NCBI RefSeq assembly: GCF_009914755.1
Contig: NC_060939.1
Strand: one strand, 5' to 3'
Source of the DNA: the human T2T-CHM13v2.0 reference genome, Homo sapiens
Length of the DNA stretch: 64,000 nucleotides
Position numbers and translations under genes: made by a program. This document shows positions 28,260 through 41,168 of the stretch, piece by piece; position 1 is the stretch's first letter, and each line of letters opens with the position of its first letter. Under the pieces are notes generated by a model, which worked only from the letters and a program-made list of their open reading frames with translations, was not told the origin of the DNA and made no database searches.

Positions 28260-28754
28260 TCTTCTCTCTCTCCACCCCAAACCTAAGTTTCAGAATGCTT
28301 TTACAGCTGGTTTTGCTAGTATATATAGTCCACAATGTGGAAGGAGTTTCTTGCTTAATTTTTACAGTTTTGAAAAATGTGTAACTAGGAACCTGTTGCC
28401 CAAACAGGCTGCAAGTTCATATCCCTCTGGAGTTTTGTTTTGTTGTTTTTGTTTTCCCCGAATCTAGTTATTCTCACCATGGAGTTTGGTTTTTGTTTTT
28501 TGTTTGTCCTCACAGGTTCCAGGTTATCTTGCTATAAAATTCCCAGGGGTGTCCCTAAGTCTATTGCCCTGGACCTTCTAGGAACCCATGGAAAATATAG
28601 CTTATTTATAGTTTGTCGCAAGTCAAGATGAGGTTAATTAAACTATGTTGGTTGTTTAAGACGAGAGAATTAAATGGAAGGAAACAAGTGGAGAGCAGTT
28701 GGTATTTGGGGCTAAGCAAGATATTTGCAAAGTACTGACAACCTAATCAATTAC

Positions 28755-28910
28755 CTGAGACAAAGAGGACTGAGACACAAGACTGTCGATCAGAGGGAGG
28801 GAAGCGATACTTTACCATAGATGGACTTTCTAAGAAACCAATACCTTCGTCCTCAGGACCAACACAAAAGCACTCAAATTCAATTCCTTTCAGACAGGAG
28901 CCATTGATAC
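28755..28910 (-). other. Candidate internal exon of a minus-strand transcript
   Basis: Acceptor CTGCTCCACTTTTAG|GTATC; donors CAG|GTAATT (exon end 28755, 156 nt) or ATG|GTAAAG (end 28816); unique sequence. Confidence 0.45.
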
Positions 28911-30872
28911 CTAAAAGTGGAGCAGCTCTGGAGTTTTGTTTTAATTTCAAGATATTTAGATTTTACGCCTTTAAGACCTCCAGTTACCTTAGAGAGTCCA
29001 AGTGCATTATGTATAATGTGCATATGTCTCTGCAGACCACATAGTACATTCTCAGGAATTCCTTAAATAAATGTTGGCCTCTGAGTCATTTCTTGATTTC
29101 ACTTGCATGTCTTCTTTTTTTTAAGCCAGGCATTAAAAAGATGACACAGAAAAATTACAGAGTCAGCATATATTTGAATACTGGATAAAAGGGAAGAGGA
29201 TGAAATGGATTTTTCAAAGCTTCTAAAGAAAACAGAACTAGGTAATACATGATGTTGGACTTAGTCTAATGATTTGGACATTTAATGAGACATGAATAAA
29301 AATGGAATAAAGTGGTAGAGTTGTGGCTTTTTATCCTTATTTTGAAAATAAATTTTCAAAAGAGAACCCAAATACAAAAAGGATAAAAATAAAGATTCTC
29401 TGCTTGAAGTAAAGACATGGAACCCAGAGCCCTATTCAATGTCTGAGCTTAATTTATCCTCCAAGTTTGTCCTGACTTAACTCTATGGAACTTTCAGAGA
29501 TCTTTGGAGCACAGTTTGAAAATATACAACCATCTGATGGGTAAATTACCTGAAACTTTGACCCCATATAAGTTGCTTAATTTTTGACTGGCAACTGGGT
29601 AGTATGAAGGACAGCTAGAAATGTTTCACCAAAGCCATCTCAGGTGACATAAGACATTGAAATATCAACACAAGGGAACAGTATATGTGGCCAGCACCTT
29701 TGAAAACCAACTTATATATTTAGTCTAAATGTAAGAAAATCCGCAGTAAAAACCTTGAATGATATTTCTTTGTCAAGGCAAGTGAAGCTAAATCTGAGAC
29801 GAAAAAATAACATGTGCAAACTCTCCCTGATTGCCTCATTTCTTTTTTATAGTGTTGAATAATACATGTATATTTATACATATGTATATATTTGCGAATC
29901 ACCTCAAGCTCTTTTTGGCAAGAGGTGAGAAACGGAAAATAGTGAAGGAGGAAAGAAAGACTTCAAAGACAAGGTGGAAAAGAAAAGCTAGGTGTGATAA
30001 AGATCCAGGGGTCAAAATGGATAAATTTGGGGAGAATTCAGCCACTCATTCATTAATTACTTATTAAACACTGAGCTAAGGATCACATGCCAGGCCCTGG
30101 GATACAAAGATGAGAGTACTGCCTCAGTAGAGCTGACAAGCTAATAGTCCCTTCGTCTGCAAAATGAGGCTAATAATAGTAATCACTTCACAGGGTTGTG
30201 AGGATTAAATGAGATGATCTGTGCAAACCACCTTGCATTACTGAACTACTTAATAAATCAACTACTTTTCTCCTCGTTTCTTCCTGATATTTCACTCTAA
30301 ATTGGAGACGGAAAGAGAGATTCATAAGAGTGTTTGGATTTTAATACACTCACACTCCAAATTTATTTTGAGCTGCTCATGTTAATAGCAGCAGAACATT
30401 TCTTTCTTCTTTTACTCCTGGTGTTAGAAAGCTTTAAGCAATGAATTGCAGTAGAGACTATAGGAGTAAAGTGTGAATGTATGCAAGAATATTTGAGAGA
30501 AGAAATAAAAACAGAAAATAAAGACCAAAGGGATGTGTACAATAATTGAAGAGTGGCCATTGTATTTAGGACAACCTTCCAATTATCCATAAGGATCATT
30601 AAATAAGGGAAAGAAGAATCAGCCAGCTAGTGCAGCTCCAGGTGACAGTCTCCAGGCCTATTCAGAGGTTTGGAGTACATTGGAATTACAAATCAATGCA
30701 GATTAAAGTCATCTCTCCCTGATCAGCACCAGGTACCGAACCTCAGCATCAACAAGACCGGCCCAGATTCACTTGGATCGCTGTAAGGCCGCCTATCTCA
30801 TGGAGGCAGTCTAGATGAGTCTAGATAGAGGACAGATACGTTAAGATTTTTGTTTTTGTTTTTTGTTTTTTA

Positions 30873-31188
30873 GGCCCAGTGCGGTGGCTCTAGCCTGTAA
30901 TCCCAGCACTTTGGGAGGTCGCAGCAGGAGGATAGCTTGAGCCCAGAGTTTGAGACCAGCCTGAGCAACACAGTGCGACCTCCATCTCTACAAAAAAAAT
31001 TAAAATAAAAATAAATTAGGTGGGTGTGGTGGTGCATGCCTCTTGTCCCAGCTACTCAGGAGGCTGAGGTGGGAAGATCGCTTGAGCTTAGGAGGTCAAG
31101 GCTGTAGTGAGCTGTGATCACACCACTGCACTCCAGCACTGGGTGACAGAATGAGATGCTGTCTCAGAAAAATAAAAAAAAAAAAAAA
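30873..31188 (+). mobile_element. AluJ
   Basis: Dimeric Alu with J diagnostics and A tail. Confidence 0.93.
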
Positions 31189-33245
31189 GTTTTTTCAGAA
31201 AAAGAAGAAACAGGAGCGCAGTCATTAGGGAGCAGCAGAGTAAATAAAATCCTAAACACCTGTCTCCAAACCTCAATCAATGGTAAACAGCCGCTGCTTG
31301 CTGTCCTTAATTTTAACGTTTTTTTTCTTTTCTAGTGAAGAAAATGTCCCGATAGAAGAAATGACTGATGACATAAGGACAGTGCTAAATTAATAACCAA
31401 TCATTCCTCTTCCTCCTCCAGCTGTGTAGCAGACTCCTCTTATAAACCTCTGCGAAGTTCTACTTGAAAAGCTGTGGTTTCATTTCAAAGGAAACCAGCA
31501 ATCAGGGGGATCTCTACAGGAAAATCTCTTCCCTATGTCTTCTTTAGACTCTTCAAAAAGGAGAGAGAGCACAAAAAAAGAAAATACACAAGTAAATAGG
31601 TTCAAGTACATCAAGAATCACAGTTTCTAAAAAGGCTAGTGAAAGGTCAATGACTTCAGAGTCAAGAAATCCATTTCTAATGTTTCTTCAGCTGTGACTC
31701 ATTGTGAAATGTTGAGGAGGGTCACAGAAGCCTCCAGCCCTCGGTTTCCCCAGCTGTAAAACAAATATTTGAATAAGTGGCCAGTCCACATTATAGCTGA
31801 TGTGCTTTCAGGGACTCAAAATGAGAATCATAAATATGTAAAAATACAAAGATAAGGTGTTCCCTGTAGAAAAACACTAAACTAGCAGAAAAAGAAACAT
31901 CACATTTGTGTGCTAATTGGGTATTCCAGATTAAAGTAATTTGTTAAAAATTATTGGAAGAAAAATCCATAATTTGGCAATAAAAAGGATTTCCGTAAGA
32001 AGAGACAGACAAGATCATAACAGATTCAGTGACTCTAGGTTACTCAGCCAAATTAAAATGCTCTCCTTTCATCCTCGAAGGGAAATCCTTGAGAAGTTTG
32101 TGGACCGTCACCATCTGTTCAGCAAAACATGCATCAACATAATATTTTCCACATGTTTTTTGTTTTCTTTTTAATTTTGCAAACGGAGATTAATCTTTTC
32201 CTAGTCAGAATGTTTTACTATAACCATTGTCAGAGGAAATAAGTGGAAACTCGGTTTTGATCCCACTTCTCTCCCTACCCACTCGCCACCATTTGCGTTT
32301 TCTATGGTGATGTGTGGATTAAAGCTGAGGAGAAACTAATAATTCACATCCTTTGCAGATCATGACAAGTCTGTATTTCATAAAACTGGAGAAATCCTGC
32401 TCTGAAGCTCATTTTTCATGCAGCTACAAAATCATCTCTTTCTTCTCATCAGAACTCCATAGTGACATCCATCAATAGCTGGATCAAGGCCAAGAGTGCC
32501 ATAACCACCTACGGATTCACTCTTCGCTGTGCCATGCCAGTCAACTATGCCCTTCCCTACTATCCTTCTTCCACCACCATTCCTCTGACTGTCAGGCTCA
32601 GCAAACAGCTTGCAGTTGGTCAATGAGTGCTTACCAAGCCCCGGCTCTGTGCCCAGCATCATGCAAAGCATAAATGGACATGGACAACAGTCTTAAACTA
32701 CTTCCTACCCACAAGCAGCTCACAAACTTGTTGGGAAGAAAGTAGAACAAGGAGAGGAAAAGACAGTAAAAGCACCCACTGTGACATGGTAAAAATGATG
32801 TTGACAACAATAATGATGGTGCTGGGATCTAACTCCTCTATTTTGCCTGTAACTTGTCTTCCGAGTTTCTACACATTGGTTGGCCAGAGGAAAATTAACT
32901 TTGAATTCCATCTAGTCAAAAGTTTAGTATGGTCCAATAATTATAGTAGTCCCTTTAAGAAATGCTCAGCTGTACAATACTCATTTTCCAAAAAGCTTAA
33001 ATCTTAGAAAACAGTTCCCTTGTCCATTTAGGTGGGTTTGTGTAATGCTGATCAAAGTCTGGTCCATCTAGGACCTCTGATAATATTACTGTCACTCCCA
33101 AAGCTAGGTTTATTTCCACCTAGTTGCAATACTCATAAAGAAAGAAAACCACTAAGTGATGTGTTAATAACAGGTATGTATAGAAAGCACCACTGTTATT
33201 TTAAACAAGTAAAATGAAACCCAAAAAGTTTGGCAATACAAGAAG

Positions 33246-33634
33246 TGCTATGGGCTAAACTGTGTCCTCACAAAAATTCATATATTGAAGCCCTAATGTC
33301 CAGTACCTCAGAATGTGACCGTATTTGGAGATAGGGCTTTAAAGAGGCGATGAAGTTAAAACAAAGTCATTGAGGTGAGGCTCTAATTCAACGACTGATA
33401 TCCTTATAAGAAGAGGAAATCTGGACATAGATGGGCCCAGAGGAAAGATCACATTAAGACAGAAAAAGAAGATGGCCGCCTACAAGCCTAAGAGAGAAGC
33501 CTCGGGAGAAACCAACCCTGATGACAACTTGATCTCAGATGGCTGGCCTTTAAAATTGTGAGAAACTAAGTTTTTGTTGTTTAAGGCACCCAGTCTGTGG
33601 TACTTTGTTATGGCAACCCTAACAAGCTAATACA
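33246..33634 (+). mobile_element. MaLR solo LTR (MLT1B/C-like)
   Basis: TGCTATGGGCTAAACTGTGTCC...CCTCAGAATGTGACCGTATTTGGAGATAGGG...TTTGTTATGGCAACCCTAACAAGCTAATACA. Confidence 0.88.
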
Positions 33635-34379
33635 ATAACCAATCTCTAAAAAACATCTCTCTGTGAATGATACAAGAATCCAGGGTTCTGTTTTTCTCAC
33701 TGACATTTTTGCTGTTTTAATACTAAAATGGTGTCTGGCATAAAAAATGTTTGATAATGTTTGTTGAATTAATAAGTAGATATTATCTTTGCTGTTAATT
33801 CATGATACAATTTTAATACATTTTACCAACCTAAATAGAAAATCAAACTGAAAAAGTAACTTCCTCATTAAACAAACACAAAAAAATTCTAAATTTACAT
33901 GCTAGGTAATTTCTAACAATAATTTTTTAAAAGGATTTTATCTTAATTTTCATTTATGTTTCTATAGCCAGAGTCTTCCCAAGATTCAATACTTTGTTTG
34001 GTTTCCTATCATCTCAATGATCTCTTCCAAATCCTGCTGAAGTTGTTAGAAGTAAAATTATCTCCATCTTATAAATGGGAAAAGTAAACTGGCAAGTCAA
34101 AGAATTTTCTAGAGAATAGGCCCACAGAGAAGGCTGTTAAACCAGGATGGAGAGATTTAAACACATACACCTAGGGGAGGCAGAGAAGAGAAGGGAACAT
34201 GAGGTGGCCTGAAAATGAGCACAGTATTTGAAGGTCTCCCAACATGAGTTTGATCACATTTAAAGCCCACCAATTTAGAGCTTTTTCAAACTCCATTCAA
34301 AGGGGGTTTTCCTGACGTATCTGCAAAACCTAATAAGAAGGCCCTGTCCTCTGTGTAAGCAGCTTTTCATACATGCATA

Positions 34380-34660
34380 TATTCATTTATTGATTCATTC
34401 AGTAACTACTTATTGAGCATCTACTATGTGAAAGGCATTCCTATCAGCCCTGGAGATGCAATCGTGAGTAAAACAGACAGAAATGTCCCTGCCCTCACGG
34501 AGTTTACATCCTGGTAGTGGGGACAGAAAATTTAAAAAAAATAAATAAGTAAAATATGTGTCAGTATTAAGTACCATGGAGAAAAAATTAAACAGCGATG
34601 AAAAATATAAAACGTAAGGATGGTTGAAATATTCGGTCAGCCAGGAAAGGTGTCATGAAG
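34380..34660 (-). mobile_element. L2 3' fragment
   Basis: ATTCATTC...TTATTGAGCATCTACTATGTG...CCCTGCCCTCACGGAGTTTACA. Confidence 0.75.
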
Positions 34661-34719
34661 TTGAGTTAGGAAACTGACTACATGAGAAACATTTAAACAC
34701 CTTCTTACCTTGTCAGACG

Positions 34720-34935
34720 GTATTCTGAGTTCCAGATTCAAGCAGCCTGGTTTCCATACACAGTACCACTTTTTATTTATTGTGAGAAAATTGCCTAATT
34801 TTGTGTCTCAGTTTCTTTATCTGTAAAATGGGGATAATTTTTTTAACTAGTAGAGTTGTGAAGAGTCAATTTAAAAACAAAACACATTTAGTGCTTAAAA
34901 CAGTGCCTGATGTATAAGAACTCAATAAATATTAG
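34720..34935 (+). mobile_element. MIR fragment
   Basis: CTCAGTTTCTTTATCTGTAAAATGGGGATAA core; GTGCTTAAAACAGTGCCTG...CTCAATAAAT tail. Confidence 0.75.
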
Positions 34936-35762
34936 GTTTTGTAGTTGCTTTTGTGTTTTTTTTACTTTCTATGATCTAATTTCAAGATTGTTAAAATGGG
35001 ACTCATAATGCCAGGCAGGCTTCACTGAATTTTTGTAGGAATCTCACGAGACAAGACATAAAGAGCCCTTGGAGTTTGGATCATAGTAAGCACTAAATGT
35101 ATGCTTCCTGCTCCTGTTACCATTGTAACCAGGCAACATTTTTGTTTTCTTAACTATTGCAACAGTATTTGACTTGGAACAATAGCCATCGGGAATAGAA
35201 GGTTAGATCCTGAGGACATGGACGGACGTACATCCACAATAATCTTAGCATAAAAGAAAAGAGAGATAGTTAAGCTTCTCTGCACTTGAAAACAAGAGGA
35301 TGGGAGTATTGGGAGAAACAGAAAGCAGAAGAGAAAAAGGGGAAGGAGAGAGGCACCGAGGAGCTGTTGTGAAGCTGGGGATTTTATAGGATGAGGGAAG
35401 GGTATCTATTCGCTAAGGATGGGATAGTGGAGAAACATTTTACAAATAAAGATGAGTCAAGTTAAATTTGAAATTATTTTTGTTTCAACATGAACTGCAC
35501 TTCTGTCTCCTCATGCCACCAAAAGTTTTAATAAATACATTATACTCACAAGTGCTTTGTAGGGTCTTTTGTGCAAATTAGATGTGCCAAAAATGACCGT
35601 GAAAATGTGGACTTCACAGAATTTGGAGAAAACTTAGGGAGGACTTTGGACTTCTACAGGGAATGAATAGAGCTTGAGACAATCCTACCTAGGTCTTTGA
35701 TATCTGCATAACAACATTAATATTAGTAATATTAATTCAATCAGAGAAGCAAAACCATTAGG

Positions 35763-35764
<2 letters not shown>

Positions 35765-35808
<44 letters not shown>
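35765..35808. repeat. (GT)n microsatellite
   Basis: Seen directly. Confidence 0.98.
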
Positions 35809-35811
<3 letters not shown>

Positions 35812-36461
35812 GCTTGGGAGGAGTGGATTTATTATGGAGATTTGAACTTACACAATGGGGGCTGGTTAAAAAGTCTTTGTAAGGCTGTTGTCTTTGTGCC
35901 TGATGCTGGAGCTTGAAGTCCACAGCATGGGTCTTCAGGAAGAGAAGATAAGATAGAAAGTAGGAGTGAGCAAGTACAATCCGGAATTTACAAGGACAGG
36001 AACAGACTGCAACCCATATCAGTTATAATCGCCTCTAACCTTGATGATGTGGGCATCGTGCCTGAAGGAGCCAGGGCTCTTTGTCACAGAACTAAATACA
36101 CATGTGGCCCAAGAGTCAGAAAACTGAAGGGAGGATCCCAGAAAGGTGGGGCAGTTTTAGGCCAAGCTAAAGCTATAATTCTAATCAAACTAAATTAAAT
36201 GTATTTATTAATAAATCTTAATAAAAATTCCTTAATGTTTTAAAATCAAAGATAAGTTATTATCTCTGGTAATTATCCCTTCTGGCTACTTCATTCTCAA
36301 TGATGAAAGCCTGTGGTTGGATAGAGAAGTCAGAAAAGACAAGAAAGGGAAATGTCCTATTGATGACCGCATCCAATGCTCAGTTTAATTTCTTTAAGCC
36401 CCCAGGATAATACTGTTTTGTTGTCTTCGATTATCGTTTTCTATAAGCTAATGGCCCTTCA

Positions 36462-36591
36462 CCTATTTAAGCCTGGTGTTCCATTATTGGAATGCTAAGC
36501 ACGTGGGAATTATTTATATCCTACTGCTCAAGGTCATCACCAAGGTCTGATTCCAAAAATTCCAAAAATTGCAACCTCAGGCATGAATGGG
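36462..36591 (+). mobile_element. MER85 (piggyBac/PGBD3-derived MITE), full length
   Basis: TIRs CCTATTTAAGCC / GGCATGAATGGG; TTAA at right (36592-36595), TTCA at left; internal GTTCCATTATTGGAAT palindrome and TTATTTATATCCTACTGCTCAAGGTCATCACCAAGGTCTGA. Confidence 0.92.
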
Positions 36592-38439
36592 TTAATTGGA
36601 AGAGGAATCCTTAGTCCGTCGGTAAGTTCTAGTACAGGGAAAAAAAAATAGGCAAATCAATACCTAATTTTCTGACAGAGAAAATCCATTACAAGGATGG
36701 TTGCCTTTGAAAGTATCTCAATAGGAGTCATATCAAGTCTTCTCATTTCAATGACTAGAAAAATGAATAAACTCTGGCTAGACAACTTATGAAATTATCC
36801 ATCCCTGCATCATCCATCAGTCAGATGATAAGGTCCCAAGCTATAGTGACTGGATAATATTCATATAAAACTTCAGCCTGGTGGGAGAAAATAAATCAAG
36901 TTGTTACACTGTCACTATTTCCTAATAAAGATTTTACAGCCTGAGGTTGTGAAAGAATAAGGGTAATTTTTAATCGTTCCTTTAAATATACATTTCTATG
37001 TGTATAAATACACAAGCATATTAAATATATTATTTTCATTAAAATAACTTTCTCATATCAGGTGAATATCTGGAGCTAGGTAAGCAAAGCTAAAATGCAA
37101 ATGTGGTCCACCATAGTAAGACAAGCCATTCTACTTATAGGATGACCTTACATAAAAATTTCCAAGGCGTGGTAGGAAAGCAAGTGCTGATCTTTCCATC
37201 TTCTTGCTAAGTGAACATTGCTCACTCCCAGTACCATGTTTCAAAGACCAACAGGCAAATATCCAATTCTCCCAATTGTTCATTTTTCTAGAAAAATAGA
37301 GATTACAACAGAGACCACCTAACTGCAATCAATTACAATATAGATGATGATGATTGATTGATGATGACTATGATAGCCAGCATTTTGATGACATATTTTT
37401 ACACATGTAGCTATTAATTTTGACTAAAACTACTTTTTATATTCCATTGTCTTCTGCGATGTCATGAAAAGGCCAAGTATAGCACTCCAAGTACTGGTGG
37501 ACTGGGGATTTTTTAAGAAAGAGAGGAAAAGTACAGAAACAGATGCAAGAACTCTGGGTCAGCCAGATCAGCAATCAGGGGGTGTCTGAGGGTTTCAGTC
37601 CTCATCACTCCACCACCATAACTCCCATTCACCCTTTAAAATTCTATTTTGTCTTTACTGTTATTCTTCTAATATCAGCACTATTCTCTATGAATGAATC
37701 CTTCTTATCATGCAGCCAAAACTTATATTACTTGGGTACAGAGAACAATCACATCATACCACAAGTCTCCCTGAAGCAAAATAGTTAAAAGCACATTCTT
37801 TTTAGTTTAAAATTAAACAGCCTCATCTGACTTTCTTTTTCTTTTTTTTTTTTTCTTTTTTTTTTTTTTTTTGATGGCAGCAAACACTGGATCTGCCTCA
37901 AGCCTTCCCTGGCTGCCCTGCAAACTTACACCAGTCCACAGAGGTGCTGAAACCTCTGAGAGGCAAGTAACAAGCAGCATGAAAATGGAACTAATGATCC
38001 ACAGCTTCATCCTTTGTTTCCAGAAGCAACTGGTGTCCGCTTTCAGAATCTCTGAGACTGGAAATGATGGGAAATAGTAAGGGAAGCTATGTGGTCCAGA
38101 AAAAAAATAGTTGTGGACCTGAATGGCTTGCCATTATTACATTTCCCTATTGGGCCAGCATACTGCCTCTTTGCAGTTTGCCAGATTTCGCCTAACCTCA
38201 TCCACATTTAAAAGTCTATGGAAAAACAGGAGGGCCTTTCAGGGGGAAATTCATTCATGTTTGGATTCAGGCAGATTTAGGAACCTTTAATAGCACTGTA
38301 ATTACCCTGCAGGGCACACCACAGAGCAGCCAGCAAGCTCTCCCTCAATGGACACAAAATTTCCTCTGGAATTTACAGAGCAGAAACCTTAAACACACAT
38401 CGCCATAAGAACCAGATTACATAATGTCTCCATCACCCT

Positions 38440-38760
38440 CCTGACAGCTACAATTATGAGTCAATCCCTGGTTTAAATATGAAACCGGAAGCTCCGTGTT
38501 TCCCCTCTGACTATGTGGCAGGCTGAGTTGAGCTCTTCGGGGCTGTCAGTTTGGAGATCTAAGCTGCTCCCACAGTCACTAATTTAGCATGAGACCAAAT
38601 GACGGGGTAATTAAAAGCAGTGCTGCAGAGACCCGCTCCAGGACCAGATGTTCTCCTTGTTTAATCGCTGCCCACATAAGGAACAGAAATAGCCCCCTCC
38701 TTTAATTTTTCCTTTTCTTTATCCTCTCCAGATAATTTCCGGCTTCTGATCTTTCAATCC
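38440..38760. promoter_or_regulatory. Candidate enhancer (AP-1 + ETS motifs)
   Basis: TGAGTCA (38457-38463) near ACCGGAAG (~38484-38491), TTCCGG ~38737; unique sequence with retained CpGs. Confidence 0.35.
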
Positions 38761-40200
38761 CACAAAATAAAATAAAAATAAAAGCCCCATTAGGAAAGAT
38801 GACATGTTATTGAACATATGACTGTAAGTTGTAATGCACTCTTGCAGTCTCCTCTTTGTACTTCTTGAAGCATTCCAACTCATAAGACATTAAGTTGCCC
38901 TGGCAACCTCACATGACTAACAGCTCCAGAGAGCCCCACCTAACTGCAAGGGCTCATTTAAGTCAACATGGGCCACCCCAGCACTTAGTAGCCCAGGTCT
39001 GAGTAAATAGCCTTGCTTTTTGGCTTTTTAGAACAGGCTGGAGGAGGCGGCCCCTCCCCTTTTATTGCCCCAAACACAGGACAAATAAGTCTCCACCCTA
39101 ACTTCTCCAGGAACTTGACTAAAAAGGCCAGGGGTCATCTGGCAAATCAAGGCGAGGTCTTCTCTTCACGTTTCTGGCTTCTGGACAAATAAGGCAGAAG
39201 AAAAGGGAAGTTGAGCTAATAATGTATACCTTCCAAAAATGGAAAAGCAGTATGCAATATGGCTATCTCAATCTTATCAAATCAGACGAGGCAGCTTTCT
39301 TATGTCCCTTGGGATGCAGAGTCTGGTCTCTATCTAAATAGCAGGCTTCCTTGGCATTAAAGCACTAGAGGCCTTGAGGACAGTCTTGGAAATCAGGAGA
39401 ATAGAGATCCAACTCTAATTCCACCGTTTGTGACAACAGACAAGCCACTTTACCTCTCTGAGGTTATTTCTTAATTGGCAGTACGGAATGACCATCCTTG
39501 TTTTTTTCTCTTCTGGGACCTGTCTCTGCAAACTTCATCCTCATCCACAATTCTCAAGCATGTGGAGTTCTAGGTTTTTAAGATAAAAGGTGCTAATGAA
39601 TTGTATTTCCAGATAAATAGGTATAGTCTTTTTAAAAAAACAAGTTAATCAAAATTTATAAAACATGATCACTTGAGATTTTTGACTTTATGGAGGTAAT
39701 CAGACAAGAACCTTTGATCCTTGCTTTCACTAATCCCTTCTGAATCATTGATTATTTGCTAGTGTCAGGTAGATCGACTCAAGTCACTGCCTAGTAATGA
39801 CCAATCTGAAATGAGGATAAAGGTGCTCTACAAAAGCATATTGTAAATCAGAAAGAAACAGAAATACCCAATGATTTGATGAAAACTCACTAGTTCTGTA
39901 AAGGGAGGGAAACCACAACTGTTACTGTTGTACAACTTTTGTTCTATCCTGGAATCACCTCACATGTGAGATTTTTAAGTGGGTTGTACTCACCTGGTTA
40001 AATAGACACGAATGGGACAGTCTGAAAAACAGTCTCCACTCTCAGGGTTGATGCCCACATCAAGACAAAAAGCCAAACGGACCCACAGGACAAGAAATAA
40101 TGTTGTGGGCAGCCGTGTGTTTCGCATATTGCCCCTGACACAAACAAGGAATTATGGAGGTCCCATCTTTAAACAGACTTTATATTACTCACCATCTGAT

Positions 40201-40202
<2 letters not shown>

Positions 40203-40230
<28 letters not shown>
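40203..40230. repeat. (GT)n microsatellite
   Basis: Seen directly. Confidence 0.97.
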
Positions 40231-40231
<1 letters not shown>

Positions 40232-40981
40232 GTGTAAGAGTGAGGGAAAAAGACAGGAGCAGGCATTTGCTTACCTAGGCATTACTTGAATGGTATTTCC
40301 TGCAGACATGTGGAGGTATATTTAAGGTAGCAAGTACTCTACTATCTCATGTTTATCAACTTCCTGATTGGGATGCAAAAGTGTATTGGATTTTCTGAGT
40401 GGAAAACATATTCGTGTATTCCAGACCTCAGAGGAAAACAACCAAATAGAAGTCTAAACCAGGCCCAAAATAACAAGAACCATGGGGACACATTTAGAGC
40501 AACGTATAAGAAACAATGATGTCCATCATGCATGGCCATTACTCTTCCCGCCCTGCTTCTCTGGGGTGTTTAAAGAATCAGTGATTGACTAGGCACACTC
40601 CTTATGAATATAAAACATGATTCATGTTTGCCAGTATTAACCATCCACTCAGTTGGAAAAAATGACTCCTCCACCTGAGTGCTGCACTCTTCTTTGGGGC
40701 ATTTCAGGAAACACTTGTAGCATGTTTGTGCTCTCAAAAATGTTTTCCTACCCTTTCCTTCAAACTTCTCCTGAACTTACGCCTCGCCGAGGACCCCAAA
40801 TACCTACCATGCTCTCCCTATTTCTTATTTAGATTTATAAGGAACAGAAAACAGCCAACAAGTTAGTATCAATCCCTACACTCCTGAATGTATTTGTTCA
40901 TTCACTCAACATATTTGTTGAACCCTTATCAGGGCCAGGGACTGCTCTGGGCACAGGAGATACAGAATAAAAGACAGGTTT

Positions 40982-41168
40982 GGCTGGGTGCAGTGGCTCC
41001 CTCCTGTAATCGGAGCCCTTCAGGAGGCCACGGTGGGGCAGGAGGATAGCTTGAGGCCAGGAATTCTACCTTACTGTAGGCTGCGATTGCACGATTGCAC
41101 GCTGCACTCTAGCCTGGGAGAGCAGACAGGACTTTGTCTTCGTGTTGTTATTGTTGTTGTTGTTGTTT
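40982..41168 (+). mobile_element. Old monomeric Alu (FAM/FRAM-like) within an L2 fragment
   Basis: Single diverged Alu arm; tail is (GTT)n; AGGTT on both sides; L2 sequence continues on both flanks. Confidence 0.75.

Noticed and set aside
32453-32626. Plus-strand acceptor followed by a 57-codon open frame
   Set aside because: No matching upstream exon, no donor, no recognisable peptide; opposite to the other splice signals.
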